A stretch of DNA of 42,859 bases from Minisyncoccota bacterium (lineage in GTDB: Bacteria; Patescibacteriota; Minisyncoccia; UBA6257; JAAZHW01). Both the position numbers and the translations under genes were made by a program. The stretch covers positions 1-42,859 of the forward strand of contig DAOSMC010000002.1 of NCBI GenBank assembly GCA_035369485.1, read 5' to 3'. How positions within the stretch are numbered: position 1 is the first letter of the stretch; every line of letters starts with the position of its first letter. A model generated the notes under the pieces. It was not told the DNA's origin, made no database searches, and worked only from the letters and a program-made list of their open reading frames with translations. Below are positions 19,379-28,130 of this stretch, in pieces.

Positions 19379-20323
19379 ATGAATCAGAAAAGCCTTTTAA
19401 ATTTAAAAAATCAATATCTGGAATATTTGGAAATAGAGAAAAACAGAAGTGCAAAAACTTTAGAAAATTATAACCGATATCTAACCGTTTTTTTGAATTT
19501 TTTAAGTGAGCGGTTGCATAAAAAATTAGAGCAATTGATCCCCAAGGATATTACGCTAGAAAACGTTCGTCAATTTCGACTCTACTTGAACCGTACTGAA
19601 GGAACCGAGGGCAATCTTAAAAAGGTAACTCAAAATTATTATATCATTGCGCTTCGAGGTTTTCTTAAATATTTGAGTAAGATGAACGTGGAATCATTGC
19701 CGGCCGAACAAGTGGAATTAGCTAGAGTAACGCGTAACGAAATTGGATTAATTAGCTTTGAGGATTTAGAAAGACTACTTAATGCGCCAGATGAAAATTC
19801 ATTGAAAGGACTTCGAGATCGAGCAATTCTTGAGATGCTTTTTGCAACGGGCTTGCGTGTTTCAGAGTTGTGTCAATTAAATAGAGAAAGCGTTAATTTA
19901 GAAAGGGGTGAATTTAGCGTTAAAGGGAAAGGCGGAAAGATTCGTTTAGTGTTTCTTTCGGATTCAGCCAAAGCGATTTTAAAAAAATATTTAGAGAAAA
20001 GAACTGACACTGAAGAGCCGCTTTTTATTACATTTAAAAAATCAAAAAACAATGAGGTGCTGGGTAGAATAACGCCACGAAGTGTTGAGCGCTTGATAAA
20101 TTTTTATGCTAGAAAATCAGGCATTGTAAAAAGAGTTACTCCCCACACGTTGCGCCATTTATTTGCGACAGATTTATTGCAAAATGGAGCAGATCTGCGT
20201 TCTGTTCAAATGCTTTTAGGGCATTCCAATATTAGCACCACCCAAGTTTATACTCATATTACCGATAAAGAATTAAAAGAAATCTATCAAACTTTTCATG
20301 CTCGGCGGCGTAAAAAACCTTGA
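19379..20323 (+). CDS. tyrosine site-specific recombinase, XerC/XerD family
   Basis: 314 aa. N-terminal SAM-like core-binding domain. Catalytic ATGLRVSEL, HTLRHLFAT, LLGHSNISTTQVYTH. Confidence 0.9.
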   Translation: MNQKSLLNLKNQYLEYLEIEKNRSAKTLENYNRYLTVFLNFLSERLHKKLEQLIPKDITLENVRQFRLYLNRTEGTEGNLKKVTQNYYIIALRGFLKYLSKMNVESLPAEQVELARVTRNEIGLISFEDLERLLNAPDENSLKGLRDRAILEMLFATGLRVSELCQLNRESVNLERGEFSVKGKGGKIRLVFLSDSAKAILKKYLEKRTDTEEPLFITFKKSKNNEVLGRITPRSVERLINFYARKSGIVKRVTPHTLRHLFATDLLQNGADLRSVQMLLGHSNISTTQVYTHITDKELKEIYQTFHARRRKKP

Positions 20324-20348
20324 CAAACGATAAAAGATATATTAGTAT
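20320..20348 (+). promoter_or_regulatory. candidate promoter of the 20361 gene pair
   Basis: TTGACA (20320-20325, overlapping the xer stop), 17-nt spacer, TAGTAT (20343-20348). 12 nt to the ATG. Confidence 0.5.
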
Positions 20349-20360
20349 AACTTTGTTAAT

Positions 20361-21440
20361 ATGGACACCAAAGATTTAGATACAATTTTAAAAGAATTTA
20401 TTGGTATTTTGTCGGAAAAACAGAGAGAAGTGATTGAAAAAAGATATGGCTTGCATGGTGAAAAGCCAATGACTCTTGAAGCCATTGGACAAGAAAAAGG
20501 GTTAACACGTGAACGCATCCGTCAAATTGAGGAGGCGGCTTTAGAAACTTTGAAAAAAAACTTAAACGAATTGAGTGATCTTATAGAAAGAATTAAATAT
20601 CAGTTAGAACTTTTAGGAGGAATTAGGCGCGAAGAACAATTATTGGAAGAAGCCTCGGCTTTATTAACTCCGAAGCCTGTTGAGTTGTGGACAAGTAAAG
20701 CGATACGAGAGCGATGGCAAAATGATATCAATTTTTTATTAGATATAAGTCCAGACTTTTTTTATTTCTTTGAAAAACCAGATATCTATTCTAACTGGTA
20801 TTTAAGGGAAGAATTTTTGAAAAAAGCGATTAATATTTATAAATTTGTTGAACACGAATTAAAAATTACAAAGAGACCCTTGCCGTTAGATCAGTATCAG
20901 TTGCTTTTGCGTAAAACAATGAAGGAATTTCGAATTCATAATGAAAACATTCTAATTTCTTATTTAGATGTTTCCAAAAAATTTAGTTTTAATCCATTTG
21001 GCGAATTTGGTTTAATAGATTGGGAATTAATTAATCCTAAAAATGTGAAAGCAAAAGCAAAGCTTGTATTGCGCAATGCCAATCGCCCTATGAGTTATCA
21101 AGAAATTACAAAAGCGATTAATGAACTTAATTTTGATGGTAAACGTGCATCAATTAATACTCTTCACAATGAATTAATTGCAAATGATGAATTTGTTTTA
21201 GTGGGGCGCGGCCTTTATGCTTTAAAGGAGTGGGGATATCGACCTGGAACTACGAAAGATATTATTATTTCTATTCTCGCGAAAAAACCGATGACTTATA
21301 GAGAGGTTTTAGAAGAGGTAAAAAAACAGCGTTTAGTTAAAGACACTACAGTATTAATTAATCTTCAAGACAAAACAACTTTTAAGAAATTACCTGATAG
21401 ACGTTATTGCTTGATTCAGTCGGCAAATAAGAAAAACTAA
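20361..21440 (+). CDS. sigma-70 region-4-like HTH fused to C-terminal HARE-HTH/winged-helix domain(s); not a complete sigma factor
   Basis: 359 aa. N-terminus LSEKQREVIEKRYGLHGEKPMTLEAIGQEKGLTRERIRQIEEAALETLKK matches sigma-70 region 4.2. No region 2 is recognisable. C-terminus AKLVLRNANRPMSYQEITKAINEL...NELIANDEFVLVGRGLYALKEWGY follows the HARE-HTH pattern seen in the RNAP delta subunit. Confidence 0.6.
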   Translation: MDTKDLDTILKEFIGILSEKQREVIEKRYGLHGEKPMTLEAIGQEKGLTRERIRQIEEAALETLKKNLNELSDLIERIKYQLELLGGIRREEQLLEEASALLTPKPVELWTSKAIRERWQNDINFLLDISPDFFYFFEKPDIYSNWYLREEFLKKAINIYKFVEHELKITKRPLPLDQYQLLLRKTMKEFRIHNENILISYLDVSKKFSFNPFGEFGLIDWELINPKNVKAKAKLVLRNANRPMSYQEITKAINELNFDGKRASINTLHNELIANDEFVLVGRGLYALKEWGYRPGTTKDIIISILAKKPMTYREVLEEVKKQRLVKDTTVLINLQDKTTFKKLPDRRYCLIQSANKKN

Positions 21441-22705
21441 TGGCCGAAGCATTAGCAATTTTGCAAGCGGTTTTAATTGCAATTGGGCATTTCTTAGGAT
21501 GGGTGTGGTGGATTGTTTTACCCATCATTTTTTTTAAAGCTGATTATCGTCTTTGGCTTGATTATGTTAAAAAAAAGTTCCTTTCCAAGGTTGAATATGT
21601 AATTTTTGAGATCAAAATTCCTAAATATATTGAAAAAAGTTTTAAATCAATGGAGGATGTTTTTAGCGCGCTTCACTCCATACAGATTTCTAAGCCGAAT
21701 TTTAAAGAGCGTGTTTTGGAAGGAAAAACGCAACTTTGGATTAGTTTTGAAATTATAGGGAATGGCGGAGGCGCAGGTTTTTATATTCGCACTCCTAAAG
21801 ATTATCGGCATTTGGTTGAATCTCAAATGTATGCTCAGTACCCTGATTTGGAGCTAACAGAGATAGATGACTATACGCAGGTATTTTCTTCAATGCTACC
21901 TAATAAATTTTGGGATTTGTGGGGATTAGATTTTACTTTTGTTAAAGAAGCGCCTTATCCTATTTTAACTTATCCTTTTTTTGAAGCGCAAAAAGAAGAA
22001 AAAACCATTGATCCCTTATCGAGTTTAATGGAGACGATTAGTAAATTAGAATTGGATGAAAAAATTTGGATTCAATTATTAATAAAGCCAGCAGATGATA
22101 GTTGTAAAAAAGAAGGAGAAAAAATTGTAAATAAATTAATTGGGAAAAAAGAGGGCAAACCGCGTTCTTATTGGGATTATATTTTAGAATTCATTTATAA
22201 TTTGATTAAAGCGCCAATTCAACCGCCCGAGTGGTCCGAGGATAAAGGGACCGAAGGTTCGCCAGGATTAATGCAGCATTTAACGCCCGGCGAAAGAGAG
22301 GTGGTTCAGGCGATTCAAAACAAAATTTCTAAATTGCTTTTTGACGCAACCATTCGTTTTGTCTACATCGATCGACAAAATGCATTTACCCGATTAAACA
22401 TTACTAGTACTATGGGTTTTTTCCGTCAATTTAACACTTTAAATCTCAACGGCTTTAAACCCCACAAACCATCAGTAACGAAAGGAACTTGGCCATTTAA
22501 AAAACAAAAGGAGTTCTGGAAAAAAACAGTGATGTATAAAAATTATCTTAAACGTAAATTTAATTCCGATTGCAAAGTAATTTTAAATACCGAAGAATTG
22601 GCTACCATTTATCATTTTCCAGTTACTGTAGTTGAAGCGCCAGTTGTTCGTCGCATTGAGGCCAAAAAAGGCGAGCCGCCTATTAATCTGCCAATAGCCC
22701 AGTAA
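21440..22705 (+). CDS. hypothetical protein with N-terminal membrane anchor, no family assigned
   Basis: 421 aa. Hydrophobic N-terminus (ILQAVLIAIGHFLGWVWWIVLPIIFF). No nucleotide-binding motif seen. TAATG stop/start overlap with the upstream gene. Confidence 0.5.
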   Translation: MAEALAILQAVLIAIGHFLGWVWWIVLPIIFFKADYRLWLDYVKKKFLSKVEYVIFEIKIPKYIEKSFKSMEDVFSALHSIQISKPNFKERVLEGKTQLWISFEIIGNGGGAGFYIRTPKDYRHLVESQMYAQYPDLELTEIDDYTQVFSSMLPNKFWDLWGLDFTFVKEAPYPILTYPFFEAQKEEKTIDPLSSLMETISKLELDEKIWIQLLIKPADDSCKKEGEKIVNKLIGKKEGKPRSYWDYILEFIYNLIKAPIQPPEWSEDKGTEGSPGLMQHLTPGEREVVQAIQNKISKLLFDATIRFVYIDRQNAFTRLNITSTMGFFRQFNTLNLNGFKPHKPSVTKGTWPFKKQKEFWKKTVMYKNYLKRKFNSDCKVILNTEELATIYHFPVTVVEAPVVRRIEAKKGEPPINLPIAQ

Positions 22706-22758
22706 TTTTTCAGGAGGAAGGAATTTTAATTATTGGAATTAAAGTATTTCCGCGTCTC

Positions 22759-22788
22759 TTGACTAATTAAGAATTTTTTTGCTATAAT
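22759..22788 (+). promoter_or_regulatory. candidate promoter of nusA-tig-clpP
   Basis: TTGACT (22759-22764), 18-nt spacer containing an extended -10 TG, TATAAT (22783-22788). Confidence 0.55.
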
Positions 22789-22797
22789 AAAGAATAG

Positions 22798-22826
22798 AAG
22801 TCCGGCAGAAACGGACTTTTATTTTT
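22798..22826 (+). terminator. terminator-like hairpin inside the nusA leader (possible attenuator)
   Basis: AAGTCCG-GCAGAAA-CGGACTT (22798-22818) followed by TTATTTTT. Lies downstream of the candidate promoter and 25 nt upstream of the nusA ATG. Confidence 0.5.
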
Positions 22827-22850
22827 CAGAGTCGATTAAATATTATTATT

Positions 22851-24278
22851 ATGTTTGATCTTAAGGAATTTTTCTCAGCCATTAATGAAATTGCTGAAGA
22901 AAAAGGTATTTCTCAAGATAAAATTCTTGAAGCAATTGAACAGGCTGTTGCAGCGGCTTATAAGAAAGAGTATGCTAACAAAAACAATATTATTCGTGCT
23001 AAAATTGATCCAGAAACAGGCGAGGTGAAATTTTGGCAAATAAAAATTGTTGTAGATGAAAGCATGCTTAAAGAAGAAGAGGAGGGAGAAGCGGTGGAAA
23101 AAGAAGAGACTTCACAATTAACAGCAACAGAGAAGCAGATTCAGCAAGGAGAAGAGTTAGCAAAGAAAATTCGTTTTAATCCCGAGCGACATATTATGTT
23201 AGAGGAAGCAGTCAAGATTAAGCCTGAAGCTAAGCCCGGTGACGAAATCATTTTTCCCTTAGAGACGCACGAAGAGTTTGGGCGAATTGCTGCCCAAACC
23301 GCTAAACAGGTTATTCTTCAAAAATTAAGAGAGGCAGAAAAAGAGGCGGTTCTAGAGGAGTTTAAAAATAAAGAAGGAGAAATAGTGAGTGGTATTATTC
23401 AGCGAATTGAAAACAGAAATATTTATATTAATTTAGGTCGTGTAGATGGCGTGATGTTTTATAATGAATCTATTCCTAATGAGCGTTACCGTATTGGCGA
23501 GCGAATGAAGTTTTATCTATTAGCGGTTCAAGATGCGGGTCGAGGGCCGATGATTGTTTTATCACGTAGTCACCCCAAATTCGTTTCAAAGCTATTTGAA
23601 TTAGAAGTACCAGAAATTGCTTCGGGCGTTGTTAAAATTATGGCGATTGCTCGTGAACCGGGTTTTCGGAGTAAGGTAGCTGTAGCATCAACTGTTGAAG
23701 GAGTGGATCCTATTGGATCTTGTGTTGGCCAAAAAGGAACTCGAATTATGGCTGTTTTAAATGAGTTGGGGCAGGAGAAGATAGATATTATCAAATGGTC
23801 AGATAATCCGGAAGAATTTGTTGCTCAAGCTTTATCGCCGGCTAAAGTTTCACGAGTGGAAATGATGCCACGAAGAGAGATGCGAGTTTTTGTTCCTGAG
23901 GATCAACTTTCTTTAGCTATTGGCAAGGGAGGACAAAATGTGAGATTGGCAGCTAAATTAACCGGATGGAAAATTGATGTTCGTAGCGAATCAGCGCCAG
24001 AGGCAAAAGTGGAAGGGGGTGTGGCGGAGGCGTTGGAAGAAAATTTTGAAGAGGAAAATTCGTCACAAGTCGCAGAGCAAGTTTCATCAGAAACAAATAA
24101 AACAATTAATGAACAATCATTGATTAAAAAGCAACTTTCCGAAAAAATTCAGGAATTACTCAAAAGTAATGGATATGATGAAGAAAGATTAAAGTCGGCT
24201 ACTAAAGAAGAGCTGATGCAAGTCAAAGGCATTGGCGAAAAAACAGCTGAAAAAATTATTCAAATTTTTCAGCAATAA
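22851..24278 (+). CDS. nusA: transcription termination/antitermination factor NusA
   Basis: 475 aa. N-terminal domain with an acidic insertion, S1 (GEIVSGIIQRIE), two KH domains (GSCVGQKGTRI, AIGKGGQNVRLA) and a C-terminal HhH (VKGIGEKTAEKI). Confidence 0.93.
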   Translation: MFDLKEFFSAINEIAEEKGISQDKILEAIEQAVAAAYKKEYANKNNIIRAKIDPETGEVKFWQIKIVVDESMLKEEEEGEAVEKEETSQLTATEKQIQQGEELAKKIRFNPERHIMLEEAVKIKPEAKPGDEIIFPLETHEEFGRIAAQTAKQVILQKLREAEKEAVLEEFKNKEGEIVSGIIQRIENRNIYINLGRVDGVMFYNESIPNERYRIGERMKFYLLAVQDAGRGPMIVLSRSHPKFVSKLFELEVPEIASGVVKIMAIAREPGFRSKVAVASTVEGVDPIGSCVGQKGTRIMAVLNELGQEKIDIIKWSDNPEEFVAQALSPAKVSRVEMMPRREMRVFVPEDQLSLAIGKGGQNVRLAAKLTGWKIDVRSESAPEAKVEGGVAEALEENFEEENSSQVAEQVSSETNKTINEQSLIKKQLSEKIQELLKSNGYDEERLKSATKEELMQVKGIGEKTAEKIIQIFQQ

Positions 24279-24296
24279 ATTTAAAATTACTAACTT

Positions 24297-25586
24297 ATGA
24301 AACACACGTTAAAATATTTATCGCAATCACAAATTGAATTAGAAGTTTCATTAACGGCTGAAGAAATGGAGCAGTTTTGGCAGGCTGCTCGTAAAAAAGT
24401 TTTAAGCGAAGTTCGTTTAGATGGATTTCGTCAAGGCAATATTCCAGAGGAATTAATAAAGAATACTGATTTAGAAGAAAAAATTTTTGATGAGGCGGCT
24501 AATCAAGCATTCAAAAAAAGCTTAAAAGAAGTTATAGATGAGTTGGATTTGGAATTGATTGGCGCGCCGGAAGTGAACATTAAGAAGATTGCGCCTAAGG
24601 AGGAATTTGTTTATGTTGTTAGAAGTGCGATTTTGCCCAAGCCAGAACTAAAAAATTATAAAGAAATAAGTCAGAAAATTTTTAAAGAGAAGAAAAATTT
24701 GAAAGTAGAGAAAGGAGAAATTCAAGAAGCGATTGAATGGCTTCAGAAATCGCGAGCTAAAATTGTACCGGTTGATCGACCGGCTCAACCCAAAGATGTT
24801 GTTGAGATAGAAATCAAGTGTTTAGAAAACGAGAAAGAAATAGCAGATTTTCCTAAATTAGACCGTTTTATTCTTGGAGAGGGTAGATGGCCGGGAGATT
24901 TTGAAAAGCAATTGGAAGACATGAAAGTAGGCGAAGAAAAAGAATTTAATGTTATCGTGCCAAATGATTATCATAATGAGAACTTGCGTAATAAAAACTT
25001 ATTTTTTCATGTAAAGCTAAATGGTGTTTTTGAGAGGCAGGAACCCGAATTAACAGATGAATGGGCTAAAACATTAGGACAATTCAATGACCTTAACGAC
25101 TTGAAGAAATCTATTGAAGAAGGGATTTTAGAAGAGAAAGAAACGAAAGAGAAAGAACGTTTGCGGGTGGCCCTTTTAGAAAAATTAATTGAGCAGACAA
25201 AAATTGAACTACCCGAAATTTTAATTGAAGGAGAAACTGAAAATCAACTTCATTCGCTAAAACATCTTATTGAAAGGCAGGGCATGAGTTTTGAGGAGTA
25301 TCTAAATAAAATTAAGAAAACCGAAGATGATTTAAAAAAAGATTTACGCAAAGAAGCCGAAAAAACTCTCAAAGGCTTTGTTGTTTTAAGAACTATTGCT
25401 AAATTAGAAAATTGTATACCATCTCCTGAAGAAATTGAAAAAACCGTAAACGAAATTATTAATTACCAAGCAATGGAAGGCAATGACGTTAATCAAATTG
25501 ACAGAGAGGCTCTCATGGAGTATACTAAAGAAAAATTAACTAACGAAAAGGTCTTTCAATTTTTAGAAAATCAAGATCAAAAATAA
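24297..25586 (+). CDS. tig: trigger factor
   Basis: 429 aa with N-terminal ribosome-binding domain, central PPIase-like region and C-terminal arm. Located directly upstream of clpP, as in many bacteria. Confidence 0.85.
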   Translation: MKHTLKYLSQSQIELEVSLTAEEMEQFWQAARKKVLSEVRLDGFRQGNIPEELIKNTDLEEKIFDEAANQAFKKSLKEVIDELDLELIGAPEVNIKKIAPKEEFVYVVRSAILPKPELKNYKEISQKIFKEKKNLKVEKGEIQEAIEWLQKSRAKIVPVDRPAQPKDVVEIEIKCLENEKEIADFPKLDRFILGEGRWPGDFEKQLEDMKVGEEKEFNVIVPNDYHNENLRNKNLFFHVKLNGVFERQEPELTDEWAKTLGQFNDLNDLKKSIEEGILEEKETKEKERLRVALLEKLIEQTKIELPEILIEGETENQLHSLKHLIERQGMSFEEYLNKIKKTEDDLKKDLRKEAEKTLKGFVVLRTIAKLENCIPSPEEIEKTVNEIINYQAMEGNDVNQIDREALMEYTKEKLTNEKVFQFLENQDQK

Positions 25587-25587
25587 T

Positions 25588-26226
25588 ATGGATTTTAAAA
25601 AACCACAATCAAAAATTAAAAATTTAGAAGAAGGATATCCTTTATTAATTCCGACTGTTATTGAAAAATCACAATTTGGTGAGCGGGCATATGATATTTA
25701 TTCGCGTTTACTTAAAGAACGCATAGTTTTTTTAGGTGGACCTATTAATGATGCGGTGGCAAATAGCATTATTGCCCAACTGCTTTTTTTGGAACACGAA
25801 GATTCCAAAAAGGATATCGAGCTTTATATTAATAGTCCGGGTGGAGTTGTTACTTCGGCTTTGGCTATTTATGATACAATGCAATATGTGAAATCCGATG
25901 TTTCTACTATTTGTATTGGTCAAGCAGCGTCAGCCGCTGCTGTTTTATTGGCAGCTGGCGCTAAAGGCAAAAGGTTTGCTTTACCTAATGCAGAAATTTT
26001 ATTGCACCAAGTAATGGGTGGAGCAGAAGGGCAGGCTGTTGAAATTGAAATAACCGCTAAGCAGATTTTAAAGATTAAAAATAAAATTAACGAGATTTTA
26101 TCCAAACACACCGGCCAGCCTTTAGACAAGATTGAAAAAGATACCGATCGAGATTTCTACCTTTCAGCGTCTGATGCTAAAGAATATGGTTTAATAGATG
26201 GGATTATTACGAAAAAGAAAAAATAA
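25588..26226 (+). CDS. clpP: ATP-dependent Clp protease proteolytic subunit
   Basis: 212 aa. Ser-His-Asp contexts [29 protein letters not shown]. No clpX follows. Confidence 0.93.
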   Translation: MDFKKPQSKIKNLEEGYPLLIPTVIEKSQFGERAYDIYSRLLKERIVFLGGPINDAVANSIIAQLLFLEHEDSKKDIELYINSPGGVVTSALAIYDTMQYVKSDVSTICIGQAASAAAVLLAAGAKGKRFALPNAEILLHQVMGGAEGQAVEIEITAKQILKIKNKINEILSKHTGQPLDKIEKDTDRDFYLSASDAKEYGLIDGIITKKKK

Positions 26227-26245
26227 TTAGGAAGTAAACAACAAC

Positions 26246-26280
26246 AAAACTCCCGCGTTCGACGCGGGAGTTTTGTTTTT
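26246..26280 (+). terminator. intrinsic terminator of clpP
   Basis: AAAACTCCCGCG-TTCGA-CGCGGGAGTTTT followed by GTTTTT. Confidence 0.8.
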
Positions 26281-26295
26281 CGGTAAGCAATTTCA

Positions 26296-26331
26296 AAACT
26301 GCGGAAATTTTTTAAAAAATTTCCGCAGTTT
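26296..26331. terminator. 36-nt perfect palindrome; probable terminator of the minus-strand rplS/tRNA-Leu unit
   Basis: AAACTGCGGAAATTTTTT / AAAAAATTTCCGCAGTTT are exact reverse complements. Lies 27 nt beyond the 3' end of tRNA-Leu(GAG). Confidence 0.7.
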
Positions 26332-26357
26332 ATTTCAATTTAGTTTTTATTTTATAG

Positions 26358-26440
26358 TGCCCAGGGCGGGACTCGAACCCGCACGGCCAAAAGGCCCACG
26401 CCCCTCAAACGTGTGTGTATACCAATTCCACCACCTGGGC
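26358..26440 (-). tRNA. tRNA-Leu(GAG)
   Basis: On the reverse complement: acceptor GCCCAGG/CCTGGGC with discriminator A. Anticodon arm CACGT-TTGAGGG-GCGTG (anticodon GAG). Long variable arm. T arm GCGGG-TTCGAGT-CCCGC. No CCA. Confidence 0.9.
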
Positions 26441-26452
26441 ACGAAATAAATA

Positions 26453-26935
26453 CTAGAGAGAATCTTTTTGCGAGTTTATTTCTTTTTCTGCATTCTTATC
26501 ATCCATTTTTTCTTTATGTTCCTCGTTTACCACTTCTTCTGTATCGGTTATTTCTTCTATTTTTAGTTCTTCAGGAACTACAGATTTAAACATTGACAAC
26601 TTGCGCCTAATTTTAGTTGGAGAAAGCTTTCTGATAAAATATACTTTAGCTTTTTTTATTTTAGGCGCTTTAACAATTTCTATTTTTTCAATTAAAGGAG
26701 AATGAAGTGGCCATGTTTTTTCCACCCCAATTCCGTCTACCACTTTTCGAACGGTAAAAGTAGCACTTGGTCCTTTGCCGTGTTTTTGAGCAATAACAAT
26801 TCCTTCAAATATTTGAAAGCGTTCCCTATCTTTTTCTTTCACTTTTTCGTAAACGCGAACCTGCATTCCTGCTTTCAATCGAGGGACGTTTTTCAATTGA
26901 CCTTTAACAATTTCATTGATTATATCCGTCTTCAT
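26453..26935 (-). CDS. rplS: 50S ribosomal protein L19 with acidic C-terminal extension
   Basis: 160 aa. RVYEKVKEKDRERFQIFEGIVIAQKHGKGPSATFTVRK. About 45 extra acidic residues compared with a typical L19 of about 115 aa. Confidence 0.93.
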   Translation of the reverse strand: MKTDIINEIVKGQLKNVPRLKAGMQVRVYEKVKEKDRERFQIFEGIVIAQKHGKGPSATFTVRKVVDGIGVEKTWPLHSPLIEKIEIVKAPKIKKAKVYFIRKLSPTKIRRKLSMFKSVVPEELKIEEITDTEEVVNEEHKEKMDDKNAEKEINSQKDSL

Positions 26936-26989
26936 ATGTGAATTAGTATAAAAAAATAAAATAAAAAGTCAAAATAATTTTATTTGTAT

Positions 26990-28087
26990 TTAGATTTTAT
27001 AATAGACAATATCGCCATCATTAACGATATAATCTTTTCCTTCTACCTTTAATTTTCCCATTTCTCGAGCTTTAGCCCATGAGCCGCATTCAATAAAATC
27101 GCGCCAATTCACAATTTCGGCTTTGATAAACTTGTCTTGAAAATCTTTGTGAATTAAACCAGCAGCATCCCAAACCGTTGAACCTCGTTTTAACGGCCAA
27201 GCTCGCGTTTCTTCTGGACCATTGGTGGTGAAAAAAGTGATAAGATCTAATATTTCATAGCCTCTTTTGATCAAGTCATCGAGTTTATTAAGGAAAGGAA
27301 GGCGATTAATATTTAGCTCGGCCGCTTCTATATTAGAGAGCGTTGCTAAATCTAATTCTTTCGCCAAATTAATAGTAAAAATATCCGTTTTGTTCACTTG
27401 ATTGCCAATATGATCAATAATTTCTTCTTTAATTTTTTCTATTTCGACTGGCGTAATTGAATCATCAACATTTAATACAACAAGGAGAGGCTTTTGTGTT
27501 AAAAAGTTAAAGTCTTTTATTAATTCTTTTTCTTTGTCCGTTAGAGGAAAAGTGGAAATCCATTGACCATTTTGAAGATGCCTTTCCAACTTTTGAATTA
27601 ATTCGAATTTTTGTTGGGCTGTTTTTTCTTTTCGCTTCAAATCACCTTCAATTTTTTTAAATGCCTTTCCTAATGCTTCAAGATCGGCAAGAATTAATTC
27701 GGTCGAAATAATTTCTAAATCACGAAGAGGGTCGATTTTTTCTTCAATATGAGGAATATTAGGAGCTGAAAATAATCGGACTACTTCGGCAATTGCAGTG
27801 GTTTCTCGAATATAACTCAAAAATTGATTACCGAGCCCCATTCCTTGAGCAGCGCCTTTTACTAATCCAGCGATATCTACAAACTTTACTGTCGCGGGAA
27901 TAACATTTTTTGATTTTTGAATTTCGGCGATTTTTTGTAATCGTTCGTCAATCACTGGCGCTAAACCAATATTAGGGTCAATGGTCGTAAAAGGAAAGTT
28001 GGCGATAGCAACTTGTTTTTGGGTAATCGCTTGAAAAAGAGTTGATTTGCCGATATTGGGTAATCCTACAATTCCAATGGAAAGCAT
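26990..28087 (-). CDS. ychF: ribosome-binding ATPase YchF, copy 2
   Basis: 365 aa. GLPNIGKSTLF, DIAGLVKGAAQG, C-terminal FFTTNGPEETRAWPLKRGSTVWDAAGLIHKDFQDKFIKAEIV. Collinear with copy 1 along its full length. Confidence 0.92.
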   Translation of the reverse strand: MLSIGIVGLPNIGKSTLFQAITQKQVAIANFPFTTIDPNIGLAPVIDERLQKIAEIQKSKNVIPATVKFVDIAGLVKGAAQGMGLGNQFLSYIRETTAIAEVVRLFSAPNIPHIEEKIDPLRDLEIISTELILADLEALGKAFKKIEGDLKRKEKTAQQKFELIQKLERHLQNGQWISTFPLTDKEKELIKDFNFLTQKPLLVVLNVDDSITPVEIEKIKEEIIDHIGNQVNKTDIFTINLAKELDLATLSNIEAAELNINRLPFLNKLDDLIKRGYEILDLITFFTTNGPEETRAWPLKRGSTVWDAAGLIHKDFQDKFIKAEIVNWRDFIECGSWAKAREMGKLKVEGKDYIVNDGDIVYYKI

Positions 28088-28130
28088 ATTTTTTGATTTT
28101 TAGACAATTTTATTATAAACTATATTTATT

